Source: Candidatus Eiseniibacteriota bacterium
GTDB taxonomy: Bacteria; Eisenbacteria; RBG-16-71-46
NCBI GenBank assembly: GCA_044223005.1
Contig: JBGAML010000004.1
Span: forward strand, 32,001 to 96,000
Direction: 5' to 3'
DNA length: 64,000 nt
In this document: one piece after another, positions 59,188 through 64,000 of the stretch
Layout: every line of letters starts with the position of its first letter
Position numbering within the stretch: the stretch's first letter is position 1
Notes under the pieces: generated by a model
Told to the model about the DNA's origin: nothing
The model's database searches: none
The model's input: the letters and a program-made list of their open reading frames with translations, nothing else
Translations under genes and position numbers: made by a program

Positions 59188-59862
59188 TCAGCCTTTCAGC
59201 GTGGTGAGGCGGGTGGTGTCGGAGTCGCCGAGCGTTTCCTCGATGCGCTCCACGAAGAGACCAAACATCGCGATGCCGACGAGCAGGTCGAGCAGCACGC
59301 CCATCTCGACGACGAGCGGCATGCCGTAGGTGAGCGAGACGGCCGCGAGGAAGATGGCGTTCTCGGTGAGCACGAGGCCCACCACCTGCATGAGCGCGCG
59401 CCGGCGGCTCACCATGACGAAGAGGCCCACGAGCGTCGTGGCCACGGAGACCGGCAGGCACGACGCGAGGATGCTCACGCCCGCGCCGAAGAGCGCGCGC
59501 GTCTGGCTGAACGCGATCACCACGAGCGCGCCGCAGACGAGCATCGCGATCGGCACGCCGCCGATCGGCTCGGCCTCGGTGTCGGTGCCGCGGCGGCGGA
59601 CCTGCCGCGCGAGCAGCGCCGGGATCACGAGCGCCTTGGTGCCGAGCACGAGCAGCGCCGCCAGCGCGATGTGCTTCGCGCCGGTGGCGAACGCGACGAC
59701 GAGCGCGATCGTCCCGAGCGCGACCGAGTTCCAGCGGTACGCCGTGATCGCGGCGAGCACGCGCCGCTGCGCCGCCGCGTAGAGCGCGCTGAGCAGGAAC
59801 GCGCCGGCGAGCAGGTTGACCGTGTTGCTGCGGGGCAGCCATTCCGGGAGCTGGAGGGTCAT
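59188..59862 (-). CDS. hyfE: HyfE-like membrane subunit
   Basis: KALVIP, QVVGLVLTENAI and GMPLVVEMGVLLD motifs. Confidence 0.87.
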   Translation of the reverse strand: MTLQLPEWLPRSNTVNLLAGAFLLSALYAAAQRRVLAAITAYRWNSVALGTIALVVAFATGAKHIALAALLVLGTKALVIPALLARQVRRRGTDTEAEPIGGVPIAMLVCGALVVIAFSQTRALFGAGVSILASCLPVSVATTLVGLFVMVSRRRALMQVVGLVLTENAIFLAAVSLTYGMPLVVEMGVLLDLLVGIAMFGLFVERIEETLGDSDTTRLTTLKG

Positions 59863-60800
59863 CGCAGGAGCGAGTCCGAGGTGAGCGCGAGCAGCGCGAG
59901 CAGGAACGCCATGCCGAGGAACTCCGGCACGCGGAAGAGGCGCATCTTGGCCGTGACCGATTCGGACACCGCCACGACGACCGCGAAGAGCAGCAGCTTG
60001 CCGAGCCACGCCGCCAGCGCGATCCCCAGCGCGGCGGGTTCGAGCGTGGTGGCGATGCCCCACGGCAGGAACAGGTTGGCCACCAGCGTGAGCAGCAGCA
60101 GCTGGCGCACGGCGGCGGCCCACTCGAGCAGCGCGAGGTGGCGGCCGGAGACGTCGAGCACGAGGCCTTCGTGGATCATGGTCAGCTCGAGGTGCGTGAC
60201 CGGGTTGTCCACGGGCACGCGGCCGGTCTCGGAGACGACGACGATCCACATGGCCGTCAGCGCGAGCAGGTGCGACGGCGAGATCCACGCGTGCGGCTGC
60301 GCGACGATCGCGCCGGAGATGCGCGCGAGGTCGGTGCTGCGGGCGGCGATCGCGAGCGTGAACACGGCGAGCATGAGCGCGGGCTCGGCCAGCGCCGAGA
60401 GCGCGAGGTGCCGGCTCGCCGCCATGCCGCCGAACGTGGTGCCGGCCTCGAGCGCGAGCAGCGCCAGCAGCACGCGCATCGCCGCGAACAGCGCCACCGT
60501 CATCACGAGGTCGCCCGCGAACCCGAGCCCGGGCTGCGTCGTGACCACCGGCGTCCACGTGCAGATCGCCAGCGCCGCGCCGAGCACCAGCGCGGGCGCC
60601 ACGCGCGCGAGCGGCGAGGCGTCCGCCGACAGCACGGTCTCCTTGCGCGCCAGCTTGAAGAGATCGCGGTAGCGCTGCAGCGGCGGCAGGCCGCGGCGCA
60701 TCTGCAGGCGCGCCTTGAGCGCGCCGACGATGCCGTTCCAGAGCGGCGCCAGCGCGACGATCAGCACCACCTGCCCGAGCACCACCAGCGCGGTCACCAT
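59859..60800 (-). CDS. hyfC: HyfC/NuoH-like membrane subunit
   Basis: ARLQMRRG, FGGMAASR, ETGRVPVDNP.THLELTMIHE and AKMRLF motifs. Confidence 0.92.
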   Translation of the reverse strand: MVTALVVLGQVVLIVALAPLWNGIVGALKARLQMRRGLPPLQRYRDLFKLARKETVLSADASPLARVAPALVLGAALAICTWTPVVTTQPGLGFAGDLVMTVALFAAMRVLLALLALEAGTTFGGMAASRHLALSALAEPALMLAVFTLAIAARSTDLARISGAIVAQPHAWISPSHLLALTAMWIVVVSETGRVPVDNPVTHLELTMIHEGLVLDVSGRHLALLEWAAAVRQLLLLTLVANLFLPWGIATTLEPAALGIALAAWLGKLLLFAVVVAVSESVTAKMRLFRVPEFLGMAFLLALLALTSDSLLR

Positions 60801-62842
60801 CACCGGCCCCAGAGCAGCAGCGCCACGAGCGTGGCGAGCAGGTACGCGAGGTAGAGGTGCAGGCTGCCGGCCTGGAGCGCGCGGACCCGCTCCGACATCC
60901 ACAGCACGCCCTGGACGAACGGCGGGTAGAGCCACTGCTCGAACGCGTTCACGGAGCCGGCGCGGTAGCGGACCTTGCGCGCGAAGTAGGGGGAGCCCTC
61001 CTCGAGCACCTCGCGTTCGCGCCGCGCACCGAGCACGGGCTCGAACACGAGCCGCAGCGGCTTGGTGAATCCGAGCGCCGAGTACTGCATGCGCGGATCG
61101 AGCGGCGCGCCGCACGACCACGACGGTCCGCGGCGGATCGTACCGGTGCCGCGCCGCGCGACGCGCATCCACACCGCGACGAGCAGCGTCAGCACGCCGA
61201 GCAGCAGCGCGACGGCCGCGGGCGAGATGCTCGCCGGAGCGAGCCGCGCGGGCGCGAGCACGAAGCCGGCGTCGCGCGCGAGCCCCGCGGCGTCGAAGCC
61301 GGGCAGCAGCACGCCGAGCGGGCCGCCCATCGCCGCGGCGAGCCACGGGGCGGCGAGGCCCCAGAGGAACGGCAGCGCCGCGAGTGCGGCGATCAGCCGC
61401 CCGAGGCCCGCGGGCGCGTCGTGCGCCGCGGCGGCCGTGGCGCTGCGCGGCCGGCCGAGGAAGCCGATGCCGTAGAGCTTCACCATCGCCGCCACGGCCA
61501 GCGCGCTCGCGAGCGCGAGTGCCGCGCCCGCGAACGGCACCAGCAGCCGCAGCTGGCCGGTGCCGGCGGAGTAGCCGAGGATCATCGCCTGGAACGTGAG
61601 CCACTCGCCCGCGAAGCACGAGAAGGGCGGCAGGCCGCAGAGCGCGAGCGTCGAGACGAGCGCCGCGAACGACACCCGCGGCATCCGCTTCGCCAGCCCG
61701 CCCAGCGCCTCGAGGTTGCGCGTGCCCGCGGCGTGCGCGGCTTCGCCCACCGCGAGGAACGCGAGCGATTTGGCGAGCCCGTGGCCGAGCGCGTGGTAGA
61801 GCGCGGCCGCGAGCGCGACGCCGGCGATCGCCGGTTGGCCGTTCGCGGCCAGCGTGGCGGCGAGTCCCGTCGCGAGCGCGAGCACGCCCGCGTGCTTGAG
61901 CGTGGAGTAGGCGAGCAGCCGCTTCGCGTCGGCTTCGATCGCGGCGTAGAGCGCGCCCGCCAGCGCCGACGCGACACCGAGGCCCATCAGCACGTGGCCC
62001 CAGCCCGGCGGTGGCGCGCCCGGCAGCTGCCACGCGAACCGCAGCAGGCCGTAGAGCCCCGCCTTCACCATCGCGCCCGAGAGCAGCGCTGACACCGGCG
62101 CGGGCGCCTCGGGGTGCGCCTGCGGCAGCCAGACGTGCGCGGGCACGAGCCCGAGCTTGACCGCGAAGCCGGCGGTGAAGAGCCACGCCATCGCCGCCGA
62201 TTCGGCGGGCGGCTGCGTGGCCCACGTGGTGGCCAGCGCGGCGAAATCGAACGAGTGCGCGCGCGAGGCCAGCGTGACGAGCGGCAGCGCCACGCACGCG
62301 GCGCCCAGCTGCGAGAGCGCGAGGTAGACCCATGCGGCGCCGCGGGCGCGGGCGGAGCCGAGGTCGCTCGCGACCAGCGCGGCGGACGCCAGCGTCATGC
62401 CCTCCCACGCGACCAGGAAGAGCAGCGCGTGGTCGGTGGCGAAGACCGCGAGCAGCGCGAGCGCGAAGGCCGCGTGCAGCGCGAGCCGGGCCCGGGCGCC
62501 GGCCGCGGAGCCGGTGGGCGCGTGCGCGGCGAACGACGCGGCGCCGACGAGGCCGAACAGCAGCAGGAACGGCGCGGCGAGCACGTCGGGCGCGAGCGTG
62601 AACGGTTCGCCGGGAACGCCCGGCCACCACGCGAGGGGTTCGGGCCGTCCGCCCGCGAGCATCAGGCCGCCGAGCGCGGCCGCGGCGACGCACGCCAGCG
62701 TCGCGAGCGCGCGCGGCACGGCGTGGCCGAGGCGTGCGAAACGGTCCGGAAGCGCCCCTGCGGCGGCCGCCGCGAGCAGCGCTGCCGAGAGTCCCCATAC
62801 CGCGCCGTCGAGCAGCGCGCCGAGGAAGCCCGCGGGCACCAT
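60800..62842 (-). CDS. hyfB: HyfB-like antiporter-type membrane subunit
   Basis: AWEGM, KLGLVPAHVWLPQAHPEAP, KRLLAYST and WSCG...RMQYS motifs. Confidence 0.9.
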   Translation of the reverse strand: MVPAGFLGALLDGAVWGLSAALLAAAAAGALPDRFARLGHAVPRALATLACVAAAALGGLMLAGGRPEPLAWWPGVPGEPFTLAPDVLAAPFLLLFGLVGAASFAAHAPTGSAAGARARLALHAAFALALLAVFATDHALLFLVAWEGMTLASAALVASDLGSARARGAAWVYLALSQLGAACVALPLVTLASRAHSFDFAALATTWATQPPAESAAMAWLFTAGFAVKLGLVPAHVWLPQAHPEAPAPVSALLSGAMVKAGLYGLLRFAWQLPGAPPPGWGHVLMGLGVASALAGALYAAIEADAKRLLAYSTLKHAGVLALATGLAATLAANGQPAIAGVALAAALYHALGHGLAKSLAFLAVGEAAHAAGTRNLEALGGLAKRMPRVSFAALVSTLALCGLPPFSCFAGEWLTFQAMILGYSAGTGQLRLLVPFAGAALALASALAVAAMVKLYGIGFLGRPRSATAAAAHDAPAGLGRLIAALAALPFLWGLAAPWLAAAMGGPLGVLLPGFDAAGLARDAGFVLAPARLAPASISPAAVALLLGVLTLLVAVWMRVARRGTGTIRRGPSWSCGAPLDPRMQYSALGFTKPLRLVFEPVLGARREREVLEEGSPYFARKVRYRAGSVNAFEQWLYPPFVQGVLWMSERVRALQAGSLHLYLAYLLATLVALLLWGR

Positions 62843-63046
62843 GAACCGTCCGTGGTCGAAGGTCGTACGGGATCCGTGGCCCGGAGGTCGGGCCGGGCCG
62901 GGATCGTGAACGCGCGTGGAAGAGGCCATCGGCATTGGAGCACAGCACCCGGGGCCCCACAAGCCACGCGTTGTGCTCGGAAGATTGCGGGTGACGCTGG
63001 AAGGCAACCGCGCCAGCCGGGCCTCGAATCGTTTTCCCGCTTGCCG

Positions 63047-64000
63047 CTACATCGCGTACTTCCGGAGCGCCCGATCCCCGTTCGGGATCTCGCGCGTCTC
63101 GATCTCGCGCCCGTAGTACTGCCTCCACCGCTCCGGCACCGCGAGCCGCGCCGGGAACAGTCGCCCGTGCAGCATCGCGCGCACCGTCTGCGGCCGGTCC
63201 ATCAGCTGCAGCCGCATCGCGGGGGTCTCCGTATGGGCGCGCTCGCTGAAGTACTTGCCGTAGTTCCGCCACACCAGGAACCACCACAGCCGCTCCACCG
63301 CCGCCTGCCGACGCTTCGAGAACGCGATCGTCTCGCGCCGGTGGTTCGCACCGCAGTGCCGGATCAGCAGGTCGAGCAGGTTCACCTCGAAGAGCGGGTT
63401 GCGCGGCGTCCGCGCCGCCCGTGAGCTGATCGTGTGGTGCTCGATCGCGTGCTTCGGCAGGTGCCGGATCGCGCGCGGGTAGTCGGCGTGCTCGTCGGTG
63501 TAGATCTCGAGCGCCTGCGGCTGCGGCAGCGTGATCTGGAGAAGCTTGGCCACCTCACGCTCGATGCTGCGCGGGTCCGGGCGGCCGTGCTTCTCCTCCA
63601 GCTCCGCCCGGCGCCGCTTCTGGCGCTTCGTCATCCGCCCGCTGCGGCGCAGCTCCGACTCCGTGAACGCGTAGAAGAAGTGGCTCTCCCGCCCCGCCAG
63701 CAGGTGATAGAGCGTCGGATGGTACTGGCTGTACTCGAAGCTCTGGAACGAATCCAGCGCCAGCGGCTCGCGGATCGGGCCCTTGGGTCCGTGCGCCACG
63801 TGGTAGAGCAGCGCGTGCCGGCCGAGCCGGAGCGCGAGGTTCATGATCGACTGCGGCGAGGCCTTGAACTCGCGTGCGATCTGGCGCAGGGCCGAGCCCC
63901 CGAGCAGCCGGTGCGCGACGGGGATCAGCCGCTTGGGATAGCGGAGCCAGTAGGTGGTGGCGAAGGTCTGGGTGGAGAAGTTGCGCCCACAGTGGTCACA
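63047..64000 (-). mobile_element. IS1-like DDE transposase-related ORF (5' truncated by window end)
   Basis: Frame is open to base 64000. Zn ribbon CDHCGRNFS, HTH (LRQIAREF), and acidic motifs DSFQSFE, TDEH and RRETIAFSK. Codon style differs from the flanking genes. Confidence 0.65.

Overview
A very GC-rich bacterial window, about 90% coding. Outer-membrane proteins indicate a diderm, and the FlgD/T9SS-like C-terminal domains on secreted enzymes suggest an FCB-related lineage such as Ca. Eisenbacteria (inference only). In order it contains: a truncated FAD reductase, an MtrA/MtrB-type decaheme-porin conduit, an atypical NarL-type regulator, oppABC, a xanthine-dehydrogenase-family operon, a PAS hybrid kinase, an M50-CBS protease, a TMTC-like glycosyltransferase, an S8 protease, a Ser/Thr kinase-STAND-TPR protein, pntAA/AB/B, a GH57-like secreted protein, an nhaR-hpf-terC module, a suf operon led by a MerR regulator, an M28 peptidase, a GT2, a hyf/ehr-type group 4 hydrogenase operon and a truncated IS1-like transposase. 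The strongest novel candidate is non-coding: an approximately 530-nt minus-strand RNA (about 52297->51765) behind a consensus sigma54 promoter. It has six hairpins that all present the same CCCCUC loop, which suggests a protein-sponge or anti-Shine-Dalgarno sRNA. Other highlights are a MerR with CxxC-x8-CxxC heading the suf operon, a pseudo-receiver regulator with a Cys/His insert beside mtrAB, an Ehr-like large subunit that keeps all four Ni-ligand cysteines, and structured leaders upstream of hyfB and pntAA. All family calls come from motifs read by eye; no searches were run.
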